Positions 18,363 through 28,276 are shown, numbered from the stretch's first letter. The stretch: DNA of 28,386 bases from Promethearchaeota archaeon (GCA_016926735.1 JAFGOA010000234.1:1-28386), one strand, 5' to 3'. Notes: generated from the sequence alone by a model not told the origin. Numbers and translations: made by a program.

Positions 18363-18380
18363 GAAAGAAAAAAAGAAATA
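18363..18380 (-). terminator. oligo-U tract after secY (archaeal-type terminator)
   Basis: Minus strand reads TTTCTTTTTTTCTTTC within about 30 nt of the stop codon. Confidence 0.35.
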
Positions 18381-18393
18381 TCAGGACACACTC

Positions 18394-19866
18394 CTAATCC
18401 ATACCTAATAATGCACGCATACCAGGATATTGAGAAGCAGCTAACTCCTTGCTAATTGTTTCAGCATATTGATGCACGATTCCTATTGCAATCAGCAGGC
18501 CTGTTCCTGAAGTCAATGCACCTAAACCGTCAGCAAAGAAACTCAGCAGGCCAATTATAATTCCATTAAGTATGATTAAAGTTGGAATATATCTTTTCAA
18601 TATTCTCTCAATAATCTTTTCTGAACTCCTAAAACCCGGTATTTGCATACCTGAATTGATAATTTGACCCGCTACATCTCTAGGAGCAAGTCCACTCACA
18701 GAAACCCACATTTTTCCTAATTTAATACATAAATAAATAAAAATTGGCAGATAGAATATAATTCTAATAGGATCTGCTGTAAGCTCTCCTATTCCTCTAG
18801 GAGGTGTTAAATAATAAAGTAATCCATAAACAGGATTCAGGTAATCTCCTCCTGCATCTGAACCTGTTGAAGTTGCTTCAAACTTTCCAATTAAATCTAC
18901 CCAGAAATCAGGCAATACATTTCTAAGAAGTCCTTGTGGACCACACAACCATTGTCCAAAGAATAGAAATGTTGCATAAAATGCATTAACTAATATTACT
19001 GGAATATTAGAAACATATAATAATTTCATTGGATATTTTCCTTTAAATCCTTTATATCCTTTATACTGCAATGGTATTTCAACTCGGGTAGATTCAAACC
19101 ATATTACAACAACAAATATTATCAAGGTCATCATGGACCCAAGAAGCGACGGCAATTGCCCAACACGGTTCCACAGCGTCCCTAAGGTTGTATTAGGATC
19201 ATTATCAAAGAGAACTTGGAAAAAAGCTATTACAATTCCACGATATAAACCATCTGATCCTGCTCCAGTAGCTGGAATAAAACAAAAAAGATTCCAAAAG
19301 ATCTGTCCTGCAATATTTGCTGCAATAAATAATGAGACACCACTTCCTAAACCCCAACCTTTTTGAAGTAGCTCATCCATTAAAATTATTAAGATACCAG
19401 CAAAAAATAATTGGAAAAATATAAATAGACCATTAGAAAGACCGACATCTCCAAATTGGCCCCCTAAAATATACATAAGAGCATTAAAGGAAGTAAGCAT
19501 CATAGATAAGACCTTTTGGGCCCCACTAAATAACGATCTATCATAAGGATCATTCAAATCTATATTGACCATTTTTGATCCTTGTAATAGTTGCATAATT
19601 AAACCAGCAGTAACAATGGGACCAATACCTAGTTCTGTAAGGGTTCCTCTTGAACTCGCAAGAATAACTCTTAGCCAAAAGAAATAATCTGTAGATTTCT
19701 CCAAATCAACTCCATATAAAGGAACATGGGACATAACAAGATATACTATTAGAATAACTATTGTCCAAATAAATTTTTCCTTAAATCTAACCTCTCTTTG
19801 AGGTTGTTTAATCTCGGGCATTACCCTTACCATTGGAGAAAAGAATTTTAAGAATTTTCCAGTCAT
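18394..19866 (-). CDS. secY: protein translocase SecY/Sec61alpha
   Basis: RGTLTELGIGPIVTAGLIMQLL, MDELLQKGWGLGSGVSLFIA, YPMKLLYVSNIPVIL, GMQIPGFR, RYIP, SGTGLLI. Confidence 0.97.
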   Translation of the reverse strand: MTGKFLKFFSPMVRVMPEIKQPQREVRFKEKFIWTIVILIVYLVMSHVPLYGVDLEKSTDYFFWLRVILASSRGTLTELGIGPIVTAGLIMQLLQGSKMVNIDLNDPYDRSLFSGAQKVLSMMLTSFNALMYILGGQFGDVGLSNGLFIFFQLFFAGILIILMDELLQKGWGLGSGVSLFIAANIAGQIFWNLFCFIPATGAGSDGLYRGIVIAFFQVLFDNDPNTTLGTLWNRVGQLPSLLGSMMTLIIFVVVIWFESTRVEIPLQYKGYKGFKGKYPMKLLYVSNIPVILVNAFYATFLFFGQWLCGPQGLLRNVLPDFWVDLIGKFEATSTGSDAGGDYLNPVYGLLYYLTPPRGIGELTADPIRIIFYLPIFIYLCIKLGKMWVSVSGLAPRDVAGQIINSGMQIPGFRSSEKIIERILKRYIPTLIILNGIIIGLLSFFADGLGALTSGTGLLIAIGIVHQYAETISKELAASQYPGMRALLGMD

Positions 19867-20159
19867 AATTTTTCAATATATCTTTAATTGAACAAATCTA
19901 TTTTAATGAGATAAATTTTCATGAATTCATTTTATGAAATTTAATTAAAAGAGATAAATCAAAATCTAAAAAAAACCTTTTGATCTGGAGATCAGTATTT
20001 TAAGAGTTTGCATTTTCTTTGTATAAAATCTTTTACAAATGGTTTTAGATGTAAGTAGAAATAATCTTAAAAAATAAGAAAAAATAGAAAAAAATTTTAA
20101 ACTAAATTTTTATTTTCATACTATTTTGTCTAAGGTTTAGTGCCTTAGATAACATTTAT

Positions 20160-20462
20160 TTAGAAAAGGCTTCCGATTCCAGTAGGTTCTTCTTCTTCTT
20201 CCTCTTCTTCTTTCTTTGCTTCTTTCTTTCCAGGTGTTTTAGTTTCAACCTGAGGAGCTGCAGTAGGAGTTACTGCTACTGGAGCCGCAGAAGCAGAACT
20301 TAAAATAGTTTCAATATCTGTTTCTTTTAATCCAGCAACTAATTTTGTAATTTGTGTTTTATCTGGTTTAAGATCAGCAGCTTTTAAAACTTTTTCAATA
20401 TTTGCTTCTGAAATATCCTTTGATGCTTTATAAAGTAGAAGCGCAGCGTAAATACTTTCCAT
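20160..20462 (-). CDS. rpl12: ribosomal stalk protein P1/L12 (archaeal)
   Basis: MESIYAALLL, Ala-rich hinge, EEEEEEEEPTGIGSLF tail; GAGGT Shine-Dalgarno upstream. Confidence 0.96.
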   Translation of the reverse strand: MESIYAALLLYKASKDISEANIEKVLKAADLKPDKTQITKLVAGLKETDIETILSSASAAPVAVTPTAAPQVETKTPGKKEAKKEEEEEEEEPTGIGSLF

Positions 20463-20520
20463 AATATAACCTCTTTATTTTTAATATTAATTATTTTTCA
20501 TTCATTTATTCAAAAAAAAA

Positions 20521-21498
20521 TCAACCAAACAAACCTCCAATCCCTTGGGGTTCTTCATCATCATCTTTTTCTGGTTCTTTCGAATCTTCCTTAATGACTT
20601 CTTTTTCATTTGAGGTAGAGACAACAATACCTTCTCCAAGAATCATTGCATTTATTAAATTAGCATTAATTTCTGCCCTTTGAATATATTCACCCAATAT
20701 TTTTTCATCAAATATTGGCATTTCAAAAAGTAAAGCCAATGCTTCTCTATGTGCTTTTTGAATTAGTGGAGATACCGTCTCTTTATCTAAAATTTCAAAT
20801 TTAATCGCTAATGTTTTTGCTTTAATGTATGATAATGCAATATCCTCTCTCAGCTCATCAATATCTAAATATAAAACCTCTGGAGGAACAAGTTCACCAT
20901 CAGTCCAAGCAACATCTATTTTTATAATAGATTCTATTGGTTGAACACCTAATTTTTTCAATACCGAAGCTTCTTTTGTTGATACAATATCACCAACATG
21001 ATGAGTTATTGTATCTTCCCTGATATGAATTGTATCATTACTTATCATTGTTGGTAATCTCAATGTCATATTAAGTTCACTAATGACTTGTCCAGTTGGT
21101 AAACCCGTATCTCCAGCTGGAACAATAATGTCTACAGGAGTTACTTGCCCAGGTTTAGCAGGTACCATCCATTTATTCTCTTTTAGTACTCTTACTAGTT
21201 TAAAAGTATCTAAATTTGTGAAAATAAGAGCAGATTGACCTGGAATTCTTTCTTTTAATTCTTTAATATGTGTTTTTCCCGTTTTTTTTTCAAATTTATC
21301 AAGTGCACGTTCTTGTAATGATTTTTTTGACATTCTTATGACTGCGTCTTTTCTTAAGACTTTACGAATTTCTTGAACTTGTCTATCGATTGTTTTTGCT
21401 ACATTTATAACTGCAATACTTTCATATTTTTCCATTAAATCAACAAGATAATCGACCTCCTTTTGTTTCCATTGAGGTACCATCTTTTTAGACATCAT
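20521..21498 (-). CDS. rpl10: ribosomal protein uL10/P0
   Basis: VPQWKQKEV, PAKPG…DIIVPAGDTGLP, LKKLGVQP, GIGGLFG tail; ATGA overlap with rpl1. Confidence 0.96.
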   Translation of the reverse strand: MMSKKMVPQWKQKEVDYLVDLMEKYESIAVINVAKTIDRQVQEIRKVLRKDAVIRMSKKSLQERALDKFEKKTGKTHIKELKERIPGQSALIFTNLDTFKLVRVLKENKWMVPAKPGQVTPVDIIVPAGDTGLPTGQVISELNMTLRLPTMISNDTIHIREDTITHHVGDIVSTKEASVLKKLGVQPIESIIKIDVAWTDGELVPPEVLYLDIDELREDIALSYIKAKTLAIKFEILDKETVSPLIQKAHREALALLFEMPIFDEKILGEYIQRAEINANLINAMILGEGIVVSTSNEKEVIKEDSKEPEKDDDEEPQGIGGLFG

Positions 21499-22232
21499 AC
21501 TCGTTTATCACCAATAGTTTTAAGGAAATCCTCATCAACTTTGATAGGTTTTCCCATTGTAGTTTTAATAAACATAGAACGGATATTATTATATTTATGA
21601 GCCATTTGATCTACAGTATAGTCCACAATAGCTTTAATATTAGCTATTAAATCTTCCTTGTTCATTGATTTTTTACCAACCTTTACTTGTAGAATTGGAG
21701 CTTTTTTAACTTGAAGTTTCACAATTCTTCCATATCTTTCAATAGAATTCTCAAGTTCGTCTACAGAGGATACAATCCCATATCCAGCGGGAAAAGGTTT
21801 TGGCATCTTTCCTCGAGGTCCAAGAAATCTAGCTAAATAACGAGCGATTAAAGGCATTAGTTTATCTTCAACAATAAAAAAATTATACTTACTTACAAAT
21901 TTCTTTTTTTCTTTTTTTTCTCGTGTATTTAACTGTTCTAAATCTTCTTGATTCATGGTATCAACCCCCATATTCTTAGCATGTAATAAAACATCCCCGG
22001 AGGCAATTACACATACATTAGTTTTATTAGATTTTGAAACAGGATTTGGAAGTATTAATTCTTTATCTATTCTCTGTTTAGGATCTTTAAGATCAATATC
22101 CTTGAGATTCATTATTAAATCAATACTTTCATCAAATTTCCTTTCTTTAGGTTTTTTACCCTTTTTTTCTTGAACAGAATAGACTATAGCTGAATTTAAG
22201 GATTTCATTAATAGTTTGTCATCAACTTTCAT
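21495..22232 (-). CDS. rpl1: ribosomal protein uL1
   Basis: RKFDESIDL…NLKDID, LGPRGKMP, IKTTMGKP. Confidence 0.96.
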   Translation of the reverse strand: MKVDDKLLMKSLNSAIVYSVQEKKGKKPKERKFDESIDLIMNLKDIDLKDPKQRIDKELILPNPVSKSNKTNVCVIASGDVLLHAKNMGVDTMNQEDLEQLNTREKKEKKKFVSKYNFFIVEDKLMPLIARYLARFLGPRGKMPKPFPAGYGIVSSVDELENSIERYGRIVKLQVKKAPILQVKVGKKSMNKEDLIANIKAIVDYTVDQMAHKYNNIRSMFIKTTMGKPIKVDEDFLKTIGDKRV

Positions 22233-22729
22233 TATAGCTCCTCCTTAATTTGATTATCATATTCTCCATTATCGATTCTTTTTTGAATTACTCGAGGATC
22301 TTCTCCTTCAACTGTAGCACCAACAGATAACGCTGTACCAAGAACAGATTTCATAGCAGCTTTATATGTTTTATCCAAAAAATTATCCTTTTTCGCTTCA
22401 ACTACTATTTTTATTTGGTCTAAAGAAAGATCTCCAATTCTTTTTTCTACACATGAATCACTTCCTTTTTGAGCACCCAGCTCTTTTAATAGAAGAGACG
22501 CAGTAGAAGGTGTTTCAATGAAAATCTCAAATGTTTTTCTTTCAGGATTACATTCGATTCGAATTGGTACAGAGAGTCCCTTAAAAATCATGGTCTTTTC
22601 ATTAACTGCATCAACCACATCTTTGATATTTATACCTGTTGGACCTACAGCTGGGCCAATAGGAGGACCTCCCGAAGCACTACCACCAGTTACAAGCGCT
22701 TTAATAACAATGGTTTCTGATTTACTCAT
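22232..22729 (-). CDS. rpl11: ribosomal protein uL11
   Basis: GGSASGGPPIGPAVGPTG, GTALSVG…VEG-DP; TAATG overlap with rpl1. Confidence 0.96.
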   Translation of the reverse strand: MSKSETIVIKALVTGGSASGGPPIGPAVGPTGINIKDVVDAVNEKTMIFKGLSVPIRIECNPERKTFEIFIETPSTASLLLKELGAQKGSDSCVEKRIGDLSLDQIKIVVEAKKDNFLDKTYKAAMKSVLGTALSVGATVEGEDPRVIQKRIDNGEYDNQIKEEL

Positions 22730-23152
22730 AATAATCCTTTTTACTAAATATAATACTAATTAAAAACAATTTAAAGGGTTGAAATAACTGTACTTCTTTT
22801 TTTTTCAATATATATTATTTCTATATTGAATCCGTTTATTTAACGTCCTAAGCCCTTTAAAAATTGTTTTTTGACTTAGTACTTTAAAAAATATTTGAAA
22901 ATTAAAAAATTTTTTGATTTATGAGGATTTTTGAAATTAAAAAAAGAGATTTTTTTGTTTTTATATGGTTTTCTACGATAAACAGACCAATCCGTTCTGA
23001 AAGCGATTATGTACTCACAGGAAGTCACGGTTTTCAGACTGTGTGTATTTCACTTCAAGAATAAATCAATTTGTATATACTAAAAAGTAATATTTTTGAA
23101 AGAGAAAAATTATTATTCCATCTAAAAATGAACTATGTATAAGCATAGAATT

Positions 23153-23169
23153 TTTTAAACAGTTTAAAA
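23153..23169. promoter_or_regulatory. perfect palindrome overlapping the probable thi4 TATA box (candidate operator)
   Basis: TTTTAAAC-A-GTTTAAAA ends 24 nt before the ATG at 23194. Confidence 0.35.
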
Positions 23170-23193
23170 TAAATTAACGAGTTGAATGGTATT

Positions 23194-23973
23194 ATGTTAG
23201 ATGAAACTATTATAACACAAGCTATTATAGAGTCCTATTTGAATGAATTAATTAAAAATCTTAAAGTGGATGTTATAATCGCAGGAGCTGGTCCTTCAGG
23301 ATTGGTTGCTTCTAAATATCTAGCTGAGGCAAATCTAAAAACAGTAATTTTTGAAAGAAAACTATCTATTGGAGGAGGTATGCTTGGTGGAGGAATGATG
23401 TTCAATAACATTGTTGTTCAAGACGATGCAAAAAGAATAATGGATGAATTTAATATAAAAACTCAAAAATATAAAGAAAATTATTATATTGCTGATGCTA
23501 TTGAATCAGTTGCAAAATTAACATCTAAAGCAATTGATGCTGGAGTCAAAATTTTTAACCTGATTTCTGTAGAAGATGTTAAAATTGATAGTGATTTTCG
23601 AGTAAATGGTGCTGTTATCAATTGGACCTCAGTTGAAATGGCTAAATTACATGTAGATCCTATGACATTTGAAAGTAGATGTTTGGTCGATACTACAGGT
23701 CATGATGCTTCTGTAGTTAATGTTGTACTAAAAAAAATACCAAATGCAAAGCTTAATACTCCATCAGGAAAAATTGAAGGTGAATTATCGATGAATGCGG
23801 AAATAGGAGAAAAAATATTATTAGAAACAACAAAAGAAATATATCCAGGATTATATGTCGCAGGTATGGCCGCTAATGCTTGTTCTGGAGGACAAAGAAT
23901 GGGTCCAATTTTTGGCGGAATGCTTCTTTCTGGTGAGAAAGTTGCAAAAATAATCATTGATAAAATGAAATAA
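23194..23973 (+). CDS. thi4: sulfide-dependent adenosine diphosphate thiazole synthase
   Basis: DVIIAGAGPSGL, GGGMLGGGMMF, LHVDP, DTTGHDA, RMGPIFGGMLLSG; ATG at 23194 or TTG at 23182. Confidence 0.95.
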   Translation: MLDETIITQAIIESYLNELIKNLKVDVIIAGAGPSGLVASKYLAEANLKTVIFERKLSIGGGMLGGGMMFNNIVVQDDAKRIMDEFNIKTQKYKENYYIADAIESVAKLTSKAIDAGVKIFNLISVEDVKIDSDFRVNGAVINWTSVEMAKLHVDPMTFESRCLVDTTGHDASVVNVVLKKIPNAKLNTPSGKIEGELSMNAEIGEKILLETTKEIYPGLYVAGMAANACSGGQRMGPIFGGMLLSGEKVAKIIIDKMK

Positions 23974-24014
23974 TTTTTAATTATATCCTTTTTGGCACCT
24001 AAAGATATAATAAT

Positions 24015-24350
24015 TTAATTTGGTAGATCATTAGATAGTCTGAATAGTTCTCTTTCTAAGATATTTCTACATTCTTCTGTCATTTTCTCTTCTATTTCCT
24101 CATCAACATCATAAATATCTAATGGTGAAGTTTCATTAGAAGAAATTAGTGTAGAGATAATTAAATTAGAGATGGTTTTAAAACAACCTTGAGTTTTTTT
24201 ATGATCAAATAAATCTTTAACCAATTCAGAAATTAGTTGAAATTTTTTCTTATGGAATGTTTTTTTTTCTATTGATGATAAAGAGATATCCATTTGTTGA
24301 TTCATTATTTTATAACTGTATTTTTTTTCTAAAAAATTAATAGTGTTCAA
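24015..24350 (-). CDS. hypothetical protein
   Basis: 111-aa ORF filling the gap, GAGGA upstream of the TTG start; no motif recognised. Confidence 0.55.
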   Translation of the reverse strand: MNTINFLEKKYSYKIMNQQMDISLSSIEKKTFHKKKFQLISELVKDLFDHKKTQGCFKTISNLIISTLISSNETSPLDIYDVDEEIEEKMTEECRNILERELFRLSNDLPN

Positions 24351-24523
24351 ATGAGGTCAAATCCTCTTTTTTAGAGTAACTTCAATATAATAAATATAAT
24401 ATATTATTTTCTTAATTAGAGCATAAAAACCTAAATATTATTTAAGTGATATATGAAATTTTAAAATGTGTAATAAAGAGTAGGTGAATCAGAAAGTAAA
24501 ATTAGTTAAAATATATCAAATTT

Positions 24524-26128
24524 CTAATTTGAAATAGATTTAAGTTTTTTTTCAGCAGGGAGAGTATTAATTTTTCTATCTTCCATATTATTATTAAGAT
24601 GAAGATGATGTTCAATCTCATACTTTCTTCCATTTTTCTTATAATATAATTTTGCTTTTTCAATAAGGTTATGTAATTCCTCAGAAACCTCTGAAGAAGT
24701 AAATCCTTGAGTGCGCATCATTTTAAAACCATTCGCTAAAACAGTTCTTATAAATTTTGGAATTTTTGAACCCATCCAATTGAATTTTCCAAAAGGATTA
24801 CAATAGCGTAGTGCTATCATCTTAAGATATTCCCCACTAAGATAATAAGCAGAATACGCCTCTACAACTAATCGATAGATTTCTTTATTAGTGAGGTCAT
24901 TAGTACTCATCATAGAATGAAATAGATTGTAATGTTTATAATTAGTACTTGTTATCTTATTCTCTTTACACATATCATTATAAAAGTCAGTGCCAGGAAA
25001 AGCTGTTATCGGGGTAAATTGTACACAAGTTAGATTTAAAGATTTTGTAAATTGAATAGTTTGTCGTACCATTGTTTTTGATTCTCCAGGAAATCCAATA
25101 ATTACACCTCCAAAAATAGATATTCCTCTATCCTGAAGCATTTTTACAACTTTTCTTGTCATTTCAGATGTGGTATTTCTTTTATTCATAGCATTCAAAC
25201 TCTGTTGATGTACAGATTCTATTCCAAGAAATACTTGTCTCATACCTGCTCTTTCCATAAGATCAATTAAAATAGGATTTCTATAAAGAGTATCTACTCT
25301 TGATTGGCAACTGAAGTACATTTTATTAGATACTCCAGAACGAATAATTGTTTCTAAAATTTCTTTAGTTCTTTTTACTTTTATTGTAAAATTATCTTCG
25401 CAAAAAAAGATAAAATCATTCTTCCAATTTATATCATATATTTCATCCATAACTCTTTTAATACTTTTAGTTCTATAAGAAATACTTTGATTAGGACTCC
25501 TCCACATCTTTGTAATACAACAGAATCTACATGAATGAGGGCATCCTCTTGAGGATTCAAGTTGTGCAACTCGTGCACCAAGATAGATATATTTTTTATC
25601 ATTCAATAAATCTCTTCGAGGCATAGGAAAATTATCTAAATTTTTCTCAAGTTCACGATCATTGTTATGAATTATTTTATCATTACTATTTCGATAAGAT
25701 ATTCCATCAATTTCCTTAATCTGGTTATTCTTCTTATTTCCATCGATATAGTCTATTAATTCTCGAAAAGTATGCTCACCTTCTCCTCTAACTATGAAAT
25801 CAACATAAGGATTAGAAATAACATCGTCGGGAATTAAAGTTGGTTGATATCCTCCAATTATTGTTTTGCAGCCTTGGTCTTTTGCTATCTTAGCAACCTC
25901 AAAAGCATTACCTATTTGGGGTGTCATACTTGTTATAGCTACAACATCATGATGGTTAAGAATTCTTTTAAATTTTTTTTCATCATATTTAAGGATTTTA
26001 TAATCCAAAAGAGTAGCACCATGGTCTGGGACCATAGCAGCGATAGAAATTAAACTCATAGGGGGTCCTTTGATGACGTAATCTAACCCCGCAGATATAC
26101 GAGAAGGGTTGACATAGAGAATTTTCAA
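24524..26128 (-). CDS. B12-binding radical SAM protein (BchE/class B-like)
   Basis: PPMSL…AA, IIGGYQPT, VRGEGE, SRGCPHSCRFC (CxxxCxxC), EDNF, LGIES, IIGFPGE, FPGT. Confidence 0.92.
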   Translation of the reverse strand: MKILYVNPSRISAGLDYVIKGPPMSLISIAAMVPDHGATLLDYKILKYDEKKFKRILNHHDVVAITSMTPQIGNAFEVAKIAKDQGCKTIIGGYQPTLIPDDVISNPYVDFIVRGEGEHTFRELIDYIDGNKKNNQIKEIDGISYRNSNDKIIHNNDRELEKNLDNFPMPRRDLLNDKKYIYLGARVAQLESSRGCPHSCRFCCITKMWRSPNQSISYRTKSIKRVMDEIYDINWKNDFIFFCEDNFTIKVKRTKEILETIIRSGVSNKMYFSCQSRVDTLYRNPILIDLMERAGMRQVFLGIESVHQQSLNAMNKRNTTSEMTRKVVKMLQDRGISIFGGVIIGFPGESKTMVRQTIQFTKSLNLTCVQFTPITAFPGTDFYNDMCKENKITSTNYKHYNLFHSMMSTNDLTNKEIYRLVVEAYSAYYLSGEYLKMIALRYCNPFGKFNWMGSKIPKFIRTVLANGFKMMRTQGFTSSEVSEELHNLIEKAKLYYKKNGRKYEIEHHLHLNNNMEDRKINTLPAEKKLKSISN

Positions 26129-26362
26129 ATTTAATATGCCCCATTTTTATAAAAAATAATATCTCCTTAGAGTAAAGAACTTTTAATTTTATTTATTATT
26201 ATTCTTAAAATTACTTTTCTACTAGTAAAAATAGAGAACTATAAATTTTAAAATTGTTTATTTCTTTTAAACTTGATTAAATTATAATATACATAATAAT
26301 TGATTTATAGTTTAATTGGATTTATATTTTCTCGGTTATTTTAGTAAAAATATATGCTATAC

Positions 26363-27025
26363 TTATATTTCTAAAAATTCCTTAATCTCCTTATCTGAAT
26401 ATCCCAAGGTATTTTTAGCATTTATTGTTTTTAATTTTTTTTTTTCTTTATAGAATTTAACTAGGGGTTCTGTATTTTTTCTATATACGTCTAATCTTTT
26501 ATTTAATGTTTCTTCAGTATCATCAGTTCGTTGTTTGAACACTATATCTTTTCCACAATCATCACAAATCCAATGATTAGTATTTATTTCTTTTTTTGGG
26601 AGTAATGTGTATTTGTTATAGATCTTATTACAATTAGAACAAATAAACCTTCCAAGAATCCTTTTTTTTATAATCTCATCATCAACGGATAATAAAAGAA
26701 CTAAATCAATAGTAACTATTTCTGATAAATATTTTGCTTGTCCAATATTGCGTGGATAACCATCTAAAATCCATGAATGATGATCTATTTCTTCTAATCT
26801 ATTTTTTATCATATTATTAGTTATTTCATCAGGAACCAATTCTCCTCTTTCTATATATTCTTTCGCTTTCAACCCGAGAGGAGTACTATTCGTTATATTT
26901 TCTCTAAAAATATCACCAGTACTAATATGATTGATATCAGGTATAATTTTTTTAATTTGATAAGAAAATGTACCCTTTCCAGCTCCAGGTGGTCCTAATA
27001 ATATTATATGTTTCTTTTTTACCAT
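26363..27025 (-). CDS. adk: adenylate kinase (bacterial/eukaryotic type, Zn-LID)
   Basis: LGPPGAGKGT, HISTGDIFR, GELVPD, ILDGYPR, CSNC…CDDC, QRTDD. Confidence 0.95.
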   Translation of the reverse strand: MVKKKHIILLGPPGAGKGTFSYQIKKIIPDINHISTGDIFRENITNSTPLGLKAKEYIERGELVPDEITNNMIKNRLEEIDHHSWILDGYPRNIGQAKYLSEIVTIDLVLLLSVDDEIIKKRILGRFICSNCNKIYNKYTLLPKKEINTNHWICDDCGKDIVFKQRTDDTEETLNKRLDVYRKNTEPLVKFYKEKKKLKTINAKNTLGYSDKEIKEFLEI

Positions 27026-27109
27026 ATTTATTTTAAATTTTTATTCATATTAGAATTTTTAGAAAAGGGAAATTATAATTAATACTGGATACTACTTTAT
27101 GTTAGAACT

Positions 27110-27856
27110 ATGAAAATGAATATTTGTGTTGCAATCCAGATTAAATCAGCTGAAATTGAATATAATTCAAAGATCATAAAAGAGGCATTAGATAATCATG
27201 CAGATTTAATCGAATTAAGATTTGATTACATTGACAATATTGAGGGAATTACCAAGAATTTTGTCAATAATTTAATATCTTTAATTCATCCCAAAGCTCA
27301 AATCATATGTACATTTCGAGATCATAATGAAGGAGGTCAAAAAAAAATGGATAATAATTTGAGATTGAGACTATTGAAATTATTAATTGAAACTCAACCA
27401 GATTATTTAGATATTGAGATGGCAACTCAAAATACAATATTATTTGAAGTTATTAAATTAGCAGCAAAAAAGAATGTTAATTTAATATTTTCTCATCATG
27501 ATTTTACCAAAACTCCAATACTTAGTAAATCATTAGCTATTATAGATACTTTTAGAGATAAGATTCAAAAAGAAACTTATTTAGAAAATGACATAATTAA
27601 AAAAAATATTCTTAAATTAATCTTTACTGCAAATTCATTTGAAGATAATCTTGTTCCATTCCAATTGCTGAATAAAATAACTGCAGAAGGTCAAAAAATA
27701 ATTACTTTTTGTATGGGTGAATCAGGAATGTTATCCCGATTTTTTTGTTTAAACTTAGGTTCATTTCTTACTTATGCTTCAATAGATGATGGAACTGCTC
27801 CGGGTCAAATACACATTAAGAAATTAAAACATCTTTATTCTCTATTATTTCCTTAA
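27110..27856 (+). CDS. aroD: type I 3-dehydroquinate dehydratase
   Basis: ADLIELRFD, ICTFR…EGG, YLDIE, FSHHDF, ILKL, FCMG…G…SR, TAPGQ. Confidence 0.93.
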   Translation: MKMNICVAIQIKSAEIEYNSKIIKEALDNHADLIELRFDYIDNIEGITKNFVNNLISLIHPKAQIICTFRDHNEGGQKKMDNNLRLRLLKLLIETQPDYLDIEMATQNTILFEVIKLAAKKNVNLIFSHHDFTKTPILSKSLAIIDTFRDKIQKETYLENDIIKKNILKLIFTANSFEDNLVPFQLLNKITAEGQKIITFCMGESGMLSRFFCLNLGSFLTYASIDDGTAPGQIHIKKLKHLYSLLFP

Positions 27857-27889
27857 ATTTTAATAGATTTATTTCAAAAAAAGAATAAT

Positions 27890-28276
27890 TTACACTTCAA
27901 TTTTAAATCCTAAATCAACTTCATCAACTGTTCTTCCACCCCTAATTCCCCAATTATAAAGAGGAGGGTCAATTATTACTATAATAATGTCATTTCCTTT
28001 AATATTCAATTTTTCTGAAAGATTTTTTACTATTTCTTGGTACAAATTTTTCTTAGCCTCATTACTTCTACCTTTAAACATGATAATTTCAATCAAAGTA
28101 AAGTTGATAGTTTTATCTGGCGAGATTTCAAAATTCTCTTTTTTTAATTCATATAGTCTTTGAATTCTATCATAATCTGGAATTTTAATTGATTTTACTA
28201 AAGCGTTATGAATTATATCTAATAATTTTTTTTTATATTCTACGCTTTTACCTTCAATTATTTCTATTTTTACCAT
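27890..28276 (-). CDS. tautomerase-superfamily protein (two beta-alpha-beta units)
   Basis: GKSVEYKKKLLD-IH-AL…IP--DR-Q, IEI-MF-GRS-EAKK-LY--I--NL, NWGIRGG; no N-terminal Pro. Confidence 0.85.
   Translation of the reverse strand: MVKIEIIEGKSVEYKKKLLDIIHNALVKSIKIPDYDRIQRLYELKKENFEISPDKTINFTLIEIIMFKGRSNEAKKNLYQEIVKNLSEKLNIKGNDIIIVIIDPPLYNWGIRGGRTVDEVDLGFKIEV

Noticed and set aside
20187-20230. TTC tandem repeat
   Set aside because: It encodes the normal Glu/Lys-rich tail of the P1 stalk protein.
22965-23000. 11-codon ORF MVFYDKQTNPF as a leader peptide
   Set aside because: Too short to support, no Shine-Dalgarno sequence or informative codon content.
22967-23058. TPP riboswitch upstream of thi4
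   Set aside because: CTGAAAG and CAGGAAG resemble parts of the consensus, but the ACCTGA/TAAT core is missing and the spacing is too short.
11306-26053. Short antisense ORFs 11306-11521, 12513-12773, 15152-15352, 15503-15895, 19133-19366, 21955-22173, 22518-22763, 23700-23957, 25844-26053
   Set aside because: They overlap conserved genes on the opposite strand; expected by-products of codon bias.
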